From NCBI GenBank assembly GCA_964016885.1, contig OZ024743.1:139934001-139998000 (forward strand): a DNA stretch of 64,000 nt. The letters are read 5' to 3'. The notes under the pieces were generated by a model. The model had not been told where the DNA came from. It ran no database searches and was given only the letters and a program-made list of their open reading frames with translations. The stretch comes from Eledone cirrhosa (taxonomy: Eukaryota). Each line of letters opens with the position of its first letter. Positions within the stretch are counted from its first letter, which is position 1. Position numbers and translations under genes: made by a program. Positions 1 through 16,400 of the stretch are shown piece after piece.

Positions 1-3000
1 AAACACAAAGCACCAAGCATCAAACACCAAGCACCAAGCACCAAACACCAAGCACCAAGTAACAAACACCAAACCCAAAGCACCAAGCACCAAACACTGA
101 TCACCAAGCACCAAGCACCAAACAACAAGCACCAAGCACCAAGCACCAGGCACCAAGCACCAAGCACCAAACACTAATCACCAAGCACCAAGCACCAAAC
201 ACCATGCACCAAGCACCAAGCACCAAACACCAAGCACCAAGCACCAAACACCAAACACCAAGATCCAAAGACCAAGCACCAAGCCCCAATCACCAAGCAT
301 CAAAAAATAAGCACCAAGCACCAAACACCAAGCACCAAGCACCAAACACCAACCACCCATCACCAAGCACCAAGCACCAAACACCAAGCACCAAACACCA
401 AACACCAAACACCAAGCACCAAGCACCAAGCGCCAAGCACCAAACACCAAGCACCAAGCACTAAGCACCAAACACCAAGCCCCAAGCAGCAAGCACCAAA
501 CACCAAACACCAAGCACCAAGCACCAAACACCAAGCACCAAGCACCAAGCACCTAGCACCAAACACCAAACACCAAGCACCAAGCACCAAACACCAAGCA
601 CCAATCACCAAGCACCAAACACCAGGCAGCAAGCAGCAATCACCAAACACCAAACACCAAGCACCAAGCACCAAACACCAAGCACCAAGCACCAAACACC
701 AAGCACCAAACACATAACACCAAGCACCAAGCACCAAGCACCAAGCACCGAACACCAAGCACATAACACCAAGCACCAAACACCAAGCACCAAGCACCAA
801 ACACCAAGCTCCAAACACCAAGCACCAAGCACCAAGCACCAAACACCAAGCACCAGGCACCAAGCACCAAGCCCCAAACACTTAACACCAAGCACCAAGC
901 ACCAAGCACCAAACACCAATCACCAAAAACCAAACACCAAGCACCAAGTACCAAACACCAAGCACCAAGCACCAAACACCAAGCAGCAAGCACCAATCAC
1001 CAAACACCAAGAACCAAGCACCAAACACCAAGCACCAAGCACCAAGCACCAGGCACCAAGCACCAAGCACCAAACACAAAACACCAAGCACCAAGCACCA
1101 AGCAGCAAACACCAAGCATCAAACACCAAACACCAAACACCAAGCACCAAGCACCAAGCAGCAAACAGCAAGCATCAAACACCAAACACCAAACACCAAG
1201 CACCAAACACCAAGCACCAAGCACCAAACACCAAACACCAAGCACCAAGCACCAAGCACCAAACACCAAACACCAAGCACCAAACACCAAACACCAAGCA
1301 CCAAGCACCAAACACCAAACAACAAGCACCAAGCACCAAGCAAAAAACACCAAACACCAAGCACGCAGCATCAAACACCAAGCACCAAGCACCAAGCACC
1401 AAACACCAAGCACCAAGCACCAAGCACCAAGTACCAAACACCAAACACCAAGCACCAAACACCAAACACCAAGCACCAATCACCAAGCACGAAACACCAG
1501 GCACCAAGCACCAAGCACCAAACACCAAACACCAAGCACTAAGCACCAAACACCAAACAACAAGCACGAGGCACCAAGCACCAAACACCAAACACCAAGC
1601 ACGCATCACCAAACACCAAGCACCAAGCACCAAGCACCAAAAACCAAGCACCAAGCACCAAGCACCAAACACCAGACACCAAACACCAAGCACCAAGAAC
1701 CAAACACCAAACACCAAACAGCAAGCACCAAGCACCAAACACCAAGCACCAAACACCAAACCCCAAGGACCAATCACCAAACACTAATCACCAAGCACCA
1801 AGCACCAAACACCGAGCACCAAACACCAAGCACCAAGCACCAAACACCAAACCCCAACCACCATAGACCAAGCACCAAGCACCAAGGAACAAACACCAAG
1901 CACCAAGCACCAAGCACCAAACACCCAGCACCAAGCACCAAGCATCAAACAACAAGCACCAAGCACCAAACACCAAACACCAAACACCAAGCACCAAGCA
2001 CTAAACAGCAAGCACCAAACACCAAACACCAAACAGCAAACACCAGACAGCAAACACCAAACACCAAACACCAAACAGCAAACACCAAACGCCAAACACC
2101 AAGCACCAAGCACCAAACACCAAGCACCAAGCTCCAAGCACAAAACACCAAACACCAAGCACCAAGGACCAAACATCAAACACCAAGCACCAAGCACCAA
2201 ACACCAAACACCAAGCACCAAACACCAAGCACCAAACACCAAGCACCAAACACCAAGCACCAAACACCAAACACCAAGCACCAAGCACCAAGCACCAAAC
2301 ACCAAGCACCAAACACCAAGTCCCACGCACCAAGCAGCAAACAACAAGCACCAAGCCCCAAGCACCAAACACCAAGCACCAAGCACCAAGCCCCTAGCAC
2401 CAAACACCAAACACCAAGCACCAAGCACAAAACACCAAGCACCAATCTCCAAGCACCAAACACCAAGCAGCAAGCAGCAAGCACCAAACACCAAACACCA
2501 AGCACCAAGCACCAAATACCAAACACCAAGCACCAAGGACCAAGCACCAAACACCAAGCACCAAACACCAAGCACCAAGCACCAAGCACCAAACACCAAG
2601 CACCAGGCACCAAGCACCAAGCCCCAAACACTTAACACCAAGCACCAAGCACCAAGCACCAAACACCAATCACCAAAAACCAAACACCAAGCACCAAGTA
2701 CCAAACACCAAGCAGCAAGCACCAAACACCAAGCAGCAAGCACCAATCACCAAACACCAAGAACCAAGCACCAAACACCAAACACCAAGCACCAAGCACC
2801 AGGCACCAAGCACCAAGCACCAAACACAAAACACCAAGCACCAAGCACCAAGCAGCAAACACCAAGCATCAAACACCAAACACCAAACACCAAGCACCAA
2901 GCACCAAGCAGCAAACAGCAATCATCAAACACCAAACACCAAACACCAAGCACCAAACACCAAGCACCAAGCACCAAACACCAAACACCAAGCACCAAGC

Positions 3001-5021
3001 ACCAAACACCAAACACCAAGCACCAAACACCAAACACCAAGCACCAAGCACCAAACACCAAACAACAAGCACCAAGCACCAAGCAAAAAACACCAAACAC
3101 CAAGCACGCAGCATCAAACACCAAGCACCAAGCACCAAGCACCAAACACCAAGCACCAGGCACCAAGCACCAAGCCCCAAACACTTAACACCAAGCACCA
3201 AGCACCAAACACCAATCACCAAAAACCAAACACCAAGCACCAAGTACGAAACACCAAGCACCAAGCACCAAACACCAAGCAGCAAGCACCAATCACCAAA
3301 CACCAAGAACCAAGCACCAAACACCAAGCACCAAGCACCAAGCACCAGGCACCAAGCACCAAGCACCAAACACAAAACACCAAGCACCAAGCACCAAGCA
3401 GCAAACACCAAGCATCAAACACCAAACACCAAACACCAAGCACCAAGCGCCAAGCAGCAAACAGCAAGCATCAAACACCAAACACCAAACACCAAGCACC
3501 AAACACCAAGCACCAACACCAAACACCAAACACCAAGCACCAAGCACCAAGCACCAAACACCAAACACCAAGCACCAAACACCAAACACCAAGCACCAAG
3601 CACCAAACACCAAACAACAAGCACCAAGCACCAAGCAAAAAACACCAAACACCAAGCACGCAGCATCAAACACCAAGCACCAAGCACCAAGCACCAAACA
3701 CCAAGCACCAAGCACCAAGCACCAAGTACCAAACACCAAACACCAAGCACCAAACACCAAACACCAAGCACCAATCACCAAGCACGAAACACCAGGCACC
3801 AAGCACCAAGCACCAAGCACCAAGCACCAAACACCAAGTACCAATCACCAAACACCAAGCACCAAGCACCAAACACCAAGCACCAGGCACCAAGCACCAA
3901 ACACCAAGCACCAAGCACCAAACACCAAGCACCAAGACCGAAGCACCAAACACCAAGCACCAAGCACAAAGCACCAAGCACCAAGCACCAAAAACCAAAC
4001 ACCAAGAACCAAGCACCAAACACCAAACACCAAACACCAAGCACCAAACACCAAGCACCAAGCACCAAACACCAAACACCAAGCACCAAGCACCAAGCAC
4101 CAAACACCAAACACCAAGCAACAAACACCAGATACCAAGCACCAAGCACCAAACACCAAACTCCAAGCACCAAGCACCAAACACCAAACAACAAGCACCA
4201 GGCACCAAGCACCAAACACCAAACACCAAGCACCAAGCACCAAACACCAAACACCAAGCACGCAGCATTAAACACCAAGCACCAAGCACCAAGCACCAAA
4301 CACCAAGCACCAAGCACCAAACACCAACCACCAAACACAAAGCACCAAGCATCAAACACCAAGCACCAAGCACCAAACACCAAGCACCAAGTACCAAACA
4401 CCAAACCCCAAGCACCAAGCACCAAACACTGATCACCAAGCACCAAGCACCAAACAACAAGCACCAAGCACCAAGCACCAGGCACCAAGCACCAAGCACC
4501 AAACACTAATCACCAAGCACCAAGCACCAAACACCATGCACCAAGCACCAAGCACCAAACACCAAGCACCAAGCACCAAACACCAAACACCAAGATCCAA
4601 AGACCAAGCACCAAGCCCCAATCACCAAGCATCAAAAAATAAGCACCAAGCACCAAACACCAAGCACCAAGCACCAAACACCAACCACCCATCACCAAGC
4701 ACCAAGCACCAAACACCAAGCACCAAACACCAAACACCAAACACCAAGCACCAAGCACCAAGCGCCAAGCACCAAACACCAAGCACCAAGCACTAAGCAC
4801 CAAACACCAAGCCCCAAGCAGCAAGCACCAAACACCAAACACCAAGCACCAAGCACCAAACACCAAGCACCAAGCACCAAGCACCTAGCACCAAACACCA
4901 AACACCAAGCACCAAGCACCAAACACCAAGCACCAATCACCAAGCACCAAACACCAAGCAGCAAGCAGCAATCACCAAACACCAAACACCAAGCACCAAG
5001 CACCAAACACCAAGCACCAAG
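1..5021 (+). repeat. Segmental duplication: 1-~690 repeated at 4333-~5021 (offset 4332)
   Basis: Identical translations at 101/4433, 178/4510 and 204/4536. Shared rare markers CTGATC, GATCCAAAGACC, CAAAAAATAAG and CCACCCATC. One mismatch seen (G625 vs A4957). Confidence 0.92.
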
Positions 5022-5900
5022 GACCAAACATCAAACACCAAGCACCAAGCACCAAACACCTAACACCAAGCACCAAGCACCAAGCACCAAGCACCGAACA
5101 CCAAGCACATAACACCAAGCACCAAACACCAAGCACCAAGCACCAAACACCAAGCACCAAGCACCAAGCACCAAGCACCAAACACCAAGCACCAGGCACC
5201 AAGCACCAAACACCAAGCACCATGCACCAAGCACCAAGCCCCAAACACTTAACACCAAGCACCAAGCACCAAGCACCAAACACCAATCACCAAAAACGAA
5301 ACACCAAGCACCAAGTACCAAACACCAAGCACCAAGCACCAAACACCAAGCAGCAAGCACCAATCACCAAACACCAAGAACCAAGCACCAAACACCAAGC
5401 ACCAAGCACCAAGCACCAGGCACCAAGCACCAAGCACCAAACACAAAACACCAAGCACCAAGCACCAAGCAGCAAAAACCAAGCATCAAACACCAAACAC
5501 CAAACACCAAGCACCAAGCACCAAGCAGCAAACAGCAAGCATCAAACACCAAACATCAAACACCAAGCACCAAACTCCAAGCACCAAGCACCAAACACCA
5601 AACACCAAGCACCAAGCACCAAACACCAAACACCAAGCACCAAACACCAAACACCAAGCACCAAGCACCAAACACCAAACAACAAGCACCAAGCACCAAG
5701 CAAAAAACACCAAACACCAAGCACGCAGCATCAAACACCAAGCACCAAGCACCAAGCACCAAACACCAAGCACCAAGCACCAAGCACCAAGTACCAAACA
5801 CCAAACACCAAGCACCAAACACCAAACACCAAGCACCAATCACCAAGCACGAAACACCAGGCACCAAGCACCAAGCACCAAACACCAAACACCAAGCACC
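820..5900 (+). repeat. ~0.5-0.6 kb module (CCCAAACACTTAAC...GCAAAAAACACC...GCACGCAGCATC) present four times
   Basis: The CTTAAC marker has its first T at 882, 2632, 3185 and 5249. ORF pairs 882/2632/5249 and 920/2670/5287 are near-identical (offsets 1750 and 4367). Boundaries are approximate. Confidence 0.85.
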
Positions 5901-8838
5901 AAACACCAGCCACCAAGCACCAAGCACCAAACACCAAACACCAAGCACTAAGCACCAAACACCAAACAACAAGCACCAGGCACCAAGCACCAAACACCAA
6001 ACACCAAGCACGCATCACCAAACACCAAGCACCAAGCACCAAGCACCAAAAACCAAGCACCAAGCACCAAGCACAAAACACCAAACACCAAGCACCAAGC
6101 ACCAAGCACCAAACACCAAACACCAAACACCAAGCACCAAGCACCAAACACCAAGCAGCAAACACCAAACCCCAAGCACCAATCACCAAACACTAATCAC
6201 CAAGCACCAAGCACCAAACACCGAGCACCAAACACCAAGCACCAAGCACCAAACACCAAACCCCAACCACCATAGACCAAGCACCAAGCACCAAGGAACA
6301 AACACCAAGCACCAAGCACCAAGCACCAAACACCAAGCACCAAGCACCAAACACCCAGCACCAAGCACCAAGCATCAAATAACAAGCACCAAGCACCAAA
6401 CACCAAACACCAAACACCAAGCACCAAGCACTAAACAGCAAGCACCAAACACCAAACACCAAACAGCAAACACCAAACAGCAAACACCAAACACCAAACA
6501 CCAAACAGCAAACGCCAAACACCAAGCACCAAGCACCAAGCACCAAACACCAAGCACCAAGCTCCAAGCACAAAACACCAAACACCAAGCACCAAGGACC
6601 AAACATCAAACACCAAGCACCAAGCACCAAACACCAAACACCAAGCACCAAACACCAAGCACCAAACACCAAGCACCAAACACCAAGCACCAAACACCAA
6701 ACACCAAGCACCAAGCACCAAGCACCAAACACCAAGCACCAAACACCAAGTCCCACGCACCAAGCAGCAAACACCAAGCACCAAGCCCCAAGCACCAAAC
6801 ACCAAGCACAAGCACCAAGCCCCTAGCACCAAACACCATACACCAAGCACCAAGCACAAAACACCAAGCACCAATCACCAAGCACCAAACACCAAGCAGC
6901 AAGCAGCAAGCACCAAACACCAAACACCAAGCACCAAGCACCAAATACCAAACACCAAGCACCAAGGACCAAACATCAAACACCAAGCACCAAGCACCAA
7001 ACGCCTAACACCAAGCACCAAGCACCAAACACCAAGCACCAAACACCATGTCCCACGCACCAAGCAGCAAACACCAAGCACCAAGCCCCAAGCACCAAAC
7101 ACCAAGCACCAAGCACCAAGCCCCTAGCACCAAACACCAAACACCAAGCACCAAGCACAAAACACCAAGCACCAATCACCAAGCACCAAACACCAAGCAG
7201 CAAGCAGCAAGCACCAAACACCAAACACCAAGCACCAAGCACCAAATACCAAACACCAAGCACCAAGGACCAAACATCAAACACCAAGCACCAAGCACCA
7301 AACACCAAGCACCAGGCACCAAGCACCAAACACCAAGCACCAAGCACCAAACACCAAGCACCAAGACCGAAGCACCAAACACCAAGCACCAGGCACAAAG
7401 CACCAAGCACCAAGCACCAAAAACCAAACACCAAGCACCAAGTACCAAACACCAAGCACCAAGCACCAAACACCGAGCACCAAGCACCAATCACCAAACA
7501 CCAAGAACCAAGCACCAAACACCAAGCACCAAGCACCAAGCACCAGGCACCAAGCACCAAGCACCAAACACAAAACACCAAGCACCAAGCACCAAGCAGC
7601 AAACACCAAGCATCAAACACCAAACACCAAACACCAAGCACCAAGCACCAAGCACCAAACACCAAATACCAAACACCAAACACCAAGCACCAAGACCGAA
7701 GCACCAAACACCAAGCACCAGGCACAAAGCACCAAGCACCAAGCACCAAAAACCAAACACCAAGCACCAAGTACCAAACACCAAGCACCAAGCACCAAAC
7801 ACCAAGCACCAAGCACCAATCACCAAACACCAAGAACCAAGCACCAAACACCAAGCACCAAGCACCAAGCACCAGGCACCAAGCACCAAGCACCAAACAC
7901 AAAACACCAAGCACCAAGCACCAAGCAGCAAACACCAAGCATCAAACACCAAACACCAAACACCAAGCACCAAACACCAAGCACCAAGCACCAAACACCA
8001 AACACCAAACACCAAGCACCAAGCACCAAGCACCAAACACCAAATACCAAACACCAAACACCAGATACCAAGCACCAAGCACCAAACACCAAACTCCAAG
8101 CACCAAGCACCAAACACCAAACAACAAGCACCAGGCACCAAGCACCAAACACCAAACACCAAGCACCAAGCACCAAGCACCAGGCACCAAGCACCAAGCA
8201 CCAAACACTAATCACCAAGCACCAAGCACCAAGCACCAAACACCAAGCACCAAGCACCAAGCACCAAACACCAAGCACCAAGCACCAAACACCAAACACC
8301 AAGATCCAAAGACCAAGCACCAAGCCCCAATCACCAAGCATCAAAAAATAAGCACCAAACACCAAGCACCAAGCACCAAACACCAACCACCCAGCACCAA
8401 GCACCAAGCACCAAACACCAAGCACCAAACACCAAACACCAAACACCAAGCACCAAGCACCAAGCGCCAAGCACCAAACACCAAGCACCAAGCACTAAGC
8501 ACCAAACACCAAGCCCCAAACAGCAAGCACCAAACACCAAACACCAAGCACCAAGCACCAAACACCAAGCACCAAGCACCAAGCACCTAGCACCAAACAC
8601 CAAACACCAAGCACCAAGCACCAAACACGAAGCACCAATCACCAAGCACCAAACACCAAGCAGCAAGCAGTAAGCACCAAACACCAAACACCAAGCACCA
8701 AGCCCCAAACACCAAGCACCAAAGACCAAACATCAAACACCAAGCACCAAGCACCAAACACCTAACACCAAGCACCAAGCACCAAGCACCAAGCACCGAA
8801 AACCAAGCACCAAACACCAAGCACCAAACACCAAGCAC

Positions 8839-11800
8839 CAAGCACCAAACACCAAGCACCAAACACCAAGCACCAAGCACCAAGCACCAAACACCAAGCA
8901 CCAGGCACCAAGCACCAAACACCAAGAACCATGCACCAAGCACCAAGCCCCAAACACTTAACACCAAACACCAAGCACCAAGCACCAAACACCAAGCACC
9001 AAACACCAAGCACCAAGCACCAAGCACCAAACACCAAGCACCAGGCACCAAGCACCAAACACCAAGCACCAAGCACCAAGCACCAAGCACCAAACACCAA
9101 GCACCAAACACCAAGCACCAAGCACCAAGCACCAAACACCAAGCACCATGCACCAAGCACCAAGCCCCAAACACTTAACACCAAGCACCAAACACCAAGC
9201 ACCAAGCACCAAACACCAAGCACCAAAAACCAAACACCAAGCACCAACTACTAAACACCAAGCACCAAGCACCAAACACCAAGCACCAAGCACCAAACAC
9301 CAAACACCAAGAACCAAGCACCAAACACCAAGCACCAAGGACCAAGCACCAGGCACCAAGCACCAAGCACCAAACACAAAACACCAAGCACCAAGCACCA
9401 AGCAGCAAACACCAAGCATCAAACACCAAACACCAAATATCAAGCACCAAACACCAAGCACCAAGCACCAAACACCAAACACCAAGCACCAAGCACCAAA
9501 CAACAAGCACCAGGCACGAAACACCAAACACCAAACACCAAGCACTCAGCATCAAACACCAAGCACCAAGCACCAAGCACCAAACACCAAACACCAAGCA
9601 CCAAACACCAGCCACCATGCACCAAGCACCAAACACCAAACACCAAGCACTAAGCACCAAACACCAAACAACAAGCACCAAGCACCAAACACCAAACACC
9701 AAGCACCAAGAACCAAACACCAAACACCGTACAGCAAGCACCAAGCACCAAACACCAAGCACCAAACACCAAACCCCAAGCACCAATCACAAAACACTAA
9801 TCACCAAGCACCAAGCAACAAACACCGAGCACCAAGCATCAAGCACCAAACACCAAGCACCAAGCACCAAACACCAAACACCAAGCACCAACGACCAAGC
9901 ACCAAGCACCAAGGACCAAACACCAAGCAGCAAGCAGCAAGCACCAAACACCAAACACCAAGCACCAAGCACCAAACACCAAGCACCAAGGACCAAACAT
10001 CAAACACCAAGCACCAAGCACCAAACACCTAACACCAAGCACCAAGCACCAAGCACCAAGCACCGAACACCAAGCACATAACACCAAGCACCAAACACCA
10101 AGCACCAAGCACCAAACACCAAGCACCAAACACCAAGCACCAAGCACCAAGCACCAAACACCAAGCACCATGCACCAAGCACCAAGCCCCAAACACTTAA
10201 CACCAAGCACCAAGCACCAAGCACCAAACACCAATCACCAAAAACCAAACACCAAGCACCAAGTACCAAACACCAAGCACCAAGCACCAAACACCAAGCA
10301 CCAAGCACCAATCACCAAACACCAAGAACCAAGCACCAAACACCAAGCACCAAGCACCAAGCACCAGGCACCAAGCACCAAGCGCCAAACACAAAACACC
10401 AAGCACCAAGCACCAAGCAGCAAACACCAAGCATCAAACACCAAACACCAAACACCAAGCACCAAGCACCAAGCAGCAAACAACAAGCATCAAACACCAA
10501 GCACCAAGCACCAAACACCAAACAACAAGCACCAAGCACCAAGCAAAAAACACCAAACACCAAGCACGCAGCATCAAACACCAAGCACCAAGCAGCAAGC
10601 ACCAAACAACAAGCACCAAGCACCAAGCACCAAGTACCAAACACCAAACACCAAGCACCAAACACCAAACACCAAGCACCAATCACCAAGCACGAAACAC
10701 CAGGCAGCAAGCACCAAGCACCAAACACCAAACACCAAGCACCAAACACCAGCCACCAAGCACCAAGCACCAAACACCAAACACCAAGCACTAAGCACCA
10801 AACACCAAACAACAAGCACCAAACACCAAGCACCAAACACCAAGCACCAAGCACCAAGCACCAAACACCAAGCACCAGGCACCAAGCACCAAACACCAAG
10901 AACCATGCACCAAGCACCAAGCCCCAAACACTTAACACCAAACACCAAGCACCAAGCACCAAACACCAAGCACCAAACACCAAGCACCAAGCACCAAGCA
11001 CCAAACACCAAGCACCAGGCACCAAGCACCAAACACCAAGCACCAAGCACCAAGCACCAAGCACCAAACACCAAGCACCAAACACCAAGCACCAAGCACC
11101 AAGCACCAAACACCAAGCACCATGCACCAAGCACCAAGCCCCAAACACTTAACACCAAGCACCAAACTCCAAGCACCAAGCACCAAACACCAAGCACCAA
11201 AAACCAAACACCAAGCACCAACTACTAAACACCAAGCACCAAGCACCAAACACCAAGCACCAAGCACCAAACACCAAACACCAAGAACCAAGCACCAAAC
11301 ACCAAGCACCAAGGACCAAGCACCAGGCACCAAGCACCAAGCACCAAACACAAAACACCAAGCACCAAGCACCAAGCAGCAAACACCAAGCATCAAACAC
11401 CAAACACCAAATATCAAGCACCAAACACCAAGCACCAAGCACCAAACACCAAACACCAAGCACCAAGCACCAAACAACAAGCACCAGGCACGAAACACCA
11501 AACACCAAACACCAAGCACTCAGCATCAAACACCAAGCACCAAGCACCAAACACCAAACACCAAACACCAAGCACCAAACACCAGCCACCATGCACCAAG
11601 CACCAAACACCAAACACCAAGCACTAAGCACCAAACACCAAACAACAAGCACCAAGCACCAAACACCAAACACCAAGCACCAAGAACCAAACACCAAACA
11701 CCGTACAGCAAGCACCAAGCACCAAACACCAAGCACCAAACACCAAACCCCAAGCACCAATCACAAAACACTAATCACCAAGCACCAAGCAACAAACACC

Positions 11801-12795
11801 GAGCACCAAGCATCAAGCACCAAACACCAAGCACCAAGCACCAAACACCAAACACCAAGCACCAACGACCAAGCACCAAGCACCAAGGACCAAACACCAA
11901 GCAGCAAGCAGCAAGCACCAAACACCAAACACCAAGCACCAAGCACCAAACACCAAGCACCAAGGACCAAACATCAAACACCAAGCACCAAGCACCAAAC
12001 ACCTAACACCAAGCACCAAGCACCAAGCACCAAGCACCGAACACCAAGCACATAACACCAAGCACCAAACACCAAGCACCAAGCACCAAACACCAAGCAC
12101 CAAACACCAAGCACCAAGCACCAAGCACCAAACACCAAGCACCATGCACCAAGCACCAAGCCCCAAACACTTAACACCAAGCACCAAGCACCAAGCACCA
12201 AACACCAATCACCAAAAACCAAACACCAAGCACCAAGTACCAAACACCAAGCACCAAGCACCAAACACCAAGCACCAAGCACCAATCACCAAACACCAAG
12301 AACCAAGCACCAAACACCAAGCACCAAGCACCAAGCACCAGGCACCAAGCACCAAGCGCCAAACACAAAACACCAAGCACCAAGCACCAAGCAGCAAACA
12401 CCAAGCATCAAACACCAAACACCAAACACCAAGCACCAAGCACCAAGCAGCAAACAACAAGCATCAAACACCAAGCACCAAGCACCAAACACCAAACAAC
12501 AAGCACCAAGCACCAAGCAAAAAACACCAAACACCAAGCACGCAGCATCAAACACCAAGCACCAAGCAGCAAGCACCAAACAACAAGCACCAAGCACCAA
12601 GCACCAAGTACCAAACACCAAACACCAAGCACCAAACACCAAACACCAAGCACCAATCACCAAGCACGAAACACCAGGCAGCAAGCACCAAGCACCAAAC
12701 ACCAAACACCAAGCACCAAACACCAGCCACCAAGCACCAAGCACCAAACACCAAACACCAAGCACTAAGCACCAAACACCAAACAACAAGCACCA
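8839..12795 (+). repeat. Head-to-tail tandem duplication, period 1974 bp (282 units)
   Basis: 8839-10821 matches 10813-12795. ORF pairs 8958/10932, 9148/11122, 9617/11591 and 10170/12144. Private markers CCGTACAGC, GCACTCAGC and CAACGACC occur in both copies. Differences seen: A9194/T11168 and G9577/A11551. Confidence 0.96.
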
Positions 12796-13429
12796 GGCAC
12801 CAAGCACCAAACACCAAACACCAAGCACCAAGCACCAAGCACCAAAAACCAAGCACCAAGCACCAAGCACCAAACACGAAACACCAAACACCAAACACCA
12901 AGCACCAAGAACCAAACACCAAACAGCAAGCACCAAGCACCAAACACCAAGCACCAAACACCAAACCCCAAGCACCAATCACCAAACACTAATCACCAAG
13001 CACCAAGCACCAAACACCGAGCACCAAACACCAAGCACCAAGCACCAAACACCAAACCCCAACCACCATAGACCAAGCACCAAGCACCAAGGAACAAACA
13101 CCAAGCACCAAGCACCAAGCACCAAACACCAAGCACCAAGCACCAAACACCCAGCACCAAGCACCAAGCATCAAACAACAAGCACCAAGCACCAAACACC
13201 AAACACCAAACACCAAACACCAAGCACTAAACAGCAAGCACCAAACACCAAACACCAAACAACAAACACCAAACAGCAAACACCAAACACCAAACAGCAA
13301 ACAGCAAACGCCAAACACCAAGCACCAAGCACCAAGCACCAAACACCAAGCACCAAGCTCCAAGCACAAAACACCAAACACCAAGCACCAAGGACCAAAC
13401 ATCAAACACCAAGCACCAAGCACCAAACA

Positions 13430-16400
13430 CCAAACACCAAGCACCAAGCACCAAACACCAACCACCCAGCACCAAGCACCAAGCACCAAACACCAAGCAC
13501 CAAACACCAAACACCAAGCACCAAGCACCAAGCACCAAACACCAAGTACCAAACACCAAGCACCAAACACCAAGTCCCACGCACCAAGCAGCAAACACCA
13601 AGCACCAAGCCCCAAGCACCAATCACCAAACACCAAGCACCAAGCACCAAATACCAAAAACCAAGCACCAAGGACCAAACATCAAACACCAAGCACCAAG
13701 CACCAAACGCCTAACACCAAGCACCAAGCACCAAGCACCAAGCACCAAACACCAAGCACCAATCACCAAACACCAAGCACCAAGCACCAAACACCAAGCA
13801 CCAGGCACCAAGCACCAAACACCAAGCACCAAGCACCAAACACCAAGCACCAAGACCGAAGCACCAAACACCAAGCACCAAGAACAAAGCACCAAGCACC
13901 AAGCACCAAAAACCAAACACCAAGCACCAAGTACCAAATACCAAGCACCAAGCACCAAACACCAAGCACCAAGCACCAATCACCAAACACCAAGAACCAA
14001 GCACCAAATACCAAGCACCAAGCACCAAGCACCAGGCACCAAGCACCAAGCACCAAACACAAAACACTAAGCACCAAGAACCAAGCAGCAAACACCAAGC
14101 ATCAAACACCAAACACCAAACACCAAGCACCAAACACCAAGCACCAAGCACCATACACCAAACACCAAGCACCAAGCACCAAGCACCAAACACCAAACAC
14201 CAAGCACCAAACACCGGATACCAAGCACCAAGCACCAAACACCAAACTCCAAGCACCAAGCACCAAACACCAAACAACAAGCACCAGGCACCAAACACCA
14301 AACACCAAGCACCAAGCACCAGACACCAAACACCAAGCACGCAGCATCAAACACCAAGCACCAAGCACCAAGCACCAAATACCAAGCACCAAGCACCAAA
14401 CACCAACCACCAAACACAAAGCACCAAGCACCAAACACCAAGCACCAAGCACCAAACACCAAGCACCAAGCACCAAACACCAAACCCCAAGCACCAAGCA
14501 CCAAACACTAATCACCAAGCACCAAGCACCAAACAACAAGCACCAAGCACCAAGCACCAGGCACCAAGCAGCAAGCACCAAACACTAATCACCAAGCACC
14601 AAGCACCAAGCACCAAACACCAAGCACCAATCACCAAACACCAAACACCAAGATACAAAGACCAAGCACCAAGCACCAAAAAATAAGCACCAAGCACCAA
14701 ACACCAAGCACCAAGCACCAAACACCAACCACCCAGCACCAAGCACCAAGCACCAAACACCAAGCACCAAACACCAAACACCAAGCACCAAGCACCAAGC
14801 GCCAAGCACCAAACACCAAGCACCAAGCACTAAGCACCAAACACCAAGCCCCAACCAGCAAGCACCAAACACCAAACACCAAGCACCAAGCACCAAACAC
14901 CAAGCACCAAGCACCAAGCACCTAGCACCAAACACCAAACACCAAGCACCAAGCACCAAACACCAATCACCAATCACCAAGCACCAAACACCAAGCAGCA
15001 AGCAGCAAGCACCAAACACCAAACACCAAGCACAAAGCACCAAACACCAAGCACCAAGGACCACACATCAAACACCAAGCACCAAGCACCAAACACCTAA
15101 CACCAAGCACCAAGCACCAAGCACCAAGCACCGAATACCAAGCACCAAGCACCAAGCACCAAACACCAAGCACCAAGCACCAAACACCAAGCACCAAACA
15201 CCAAGCACCAAACACCAAGCACCAAAAACCAAACACCAAGCACCAACTACTAAACACCAAGCACCAAGCACCAAACACCAAGCACCAAGCACCAAACACC
15301 AAACACCAAGAACCAAGCACCAAACACAAAGCACCAAGGACCAAGCACCAGGCACCAAGCACCAAGCACCAAACACAAAACACCAAGCACCAAGCACCAA
15401 GCAGCAAACACCAAGCATCAAACACCAAACACCAAACACCAAGCACCAAGCACCAGACAACAAGCACCAGGCACCAGGCACCAAGCACCAAACACCAAAC
15501 ACCAAGCACGCAGCATCAAACACCAAGCACCAAGCACAAAGCACCAAACACCAAGCACCAAGCACCAAGCACCAAGCACCAAACACCAAACACCAAGCAC
15601 CAAACACCAGCCACCATGCACCAAGCACCAAACACCAAACACCAAGCACTAAGCACCAAACACCAAACAACAAGCACCAGGCACCAAGCACCAAACACCA
15701 AACACCAAGCACGCATCACCAAGCACCAAGCACCAAGCACCAAACACCAAACACCAAGCACCAAACACCAGATACCAAGCACCAAGCACCAAACACCAAA
15801 CTCCAAGCACCAAGCACCAAACACCAAACAACAAGCACCAGGCACCAAACACCAAACACCAAGCACCAAGCACCAAACACCAAACACCAAGCACGCAGCA
15901 TCAAACACCAAGCACCAAGCACCAAGCACCAAATACCAAGCACCAAGCACCAAACACCAACCACCAAACACAAAGCACCAAGCACCAAACACCAAGCACC
16001 AAGCACCAAACACCAAGCACCAAGCACCAAACACCAAACCCCAAGCACCAAGCACCAAACACTAATCACCAAGCACCAAGCACCAAACAACAAGCACCAA
16101 GCACCAAGCACCAGGCACCAAGCAGCAAGCACCAAACACTGATCACCAAGCACCAAGCACCAAGCACCAAACACCAAGCACCAATCACCAAACACCAAAC
16201 ACCAAGATCCAAAGACCAAGCACCAAGCCCAAGCACCAAGCACCAAAAAATAAGCACCATGCACCAAACACCAAGCACCAAGCACCAAACACCAACCACC
16301 CAGCACCAAGCACCAAGCACCAAACACCAAGCACCAAACACCAAACACCAAGCACCAAGCACCAAGCGCCAAGCACCAAACACCAAGCACCAAGCACTAA

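Noticed and set aside
302-311. AAAAAATAAG / AATAAG as polyadenylation-like or promoter signals
   Set aside because: These are in-register variant units (ATCAAAA-AATAAGC), not AATAAA, and no associated gene exists.
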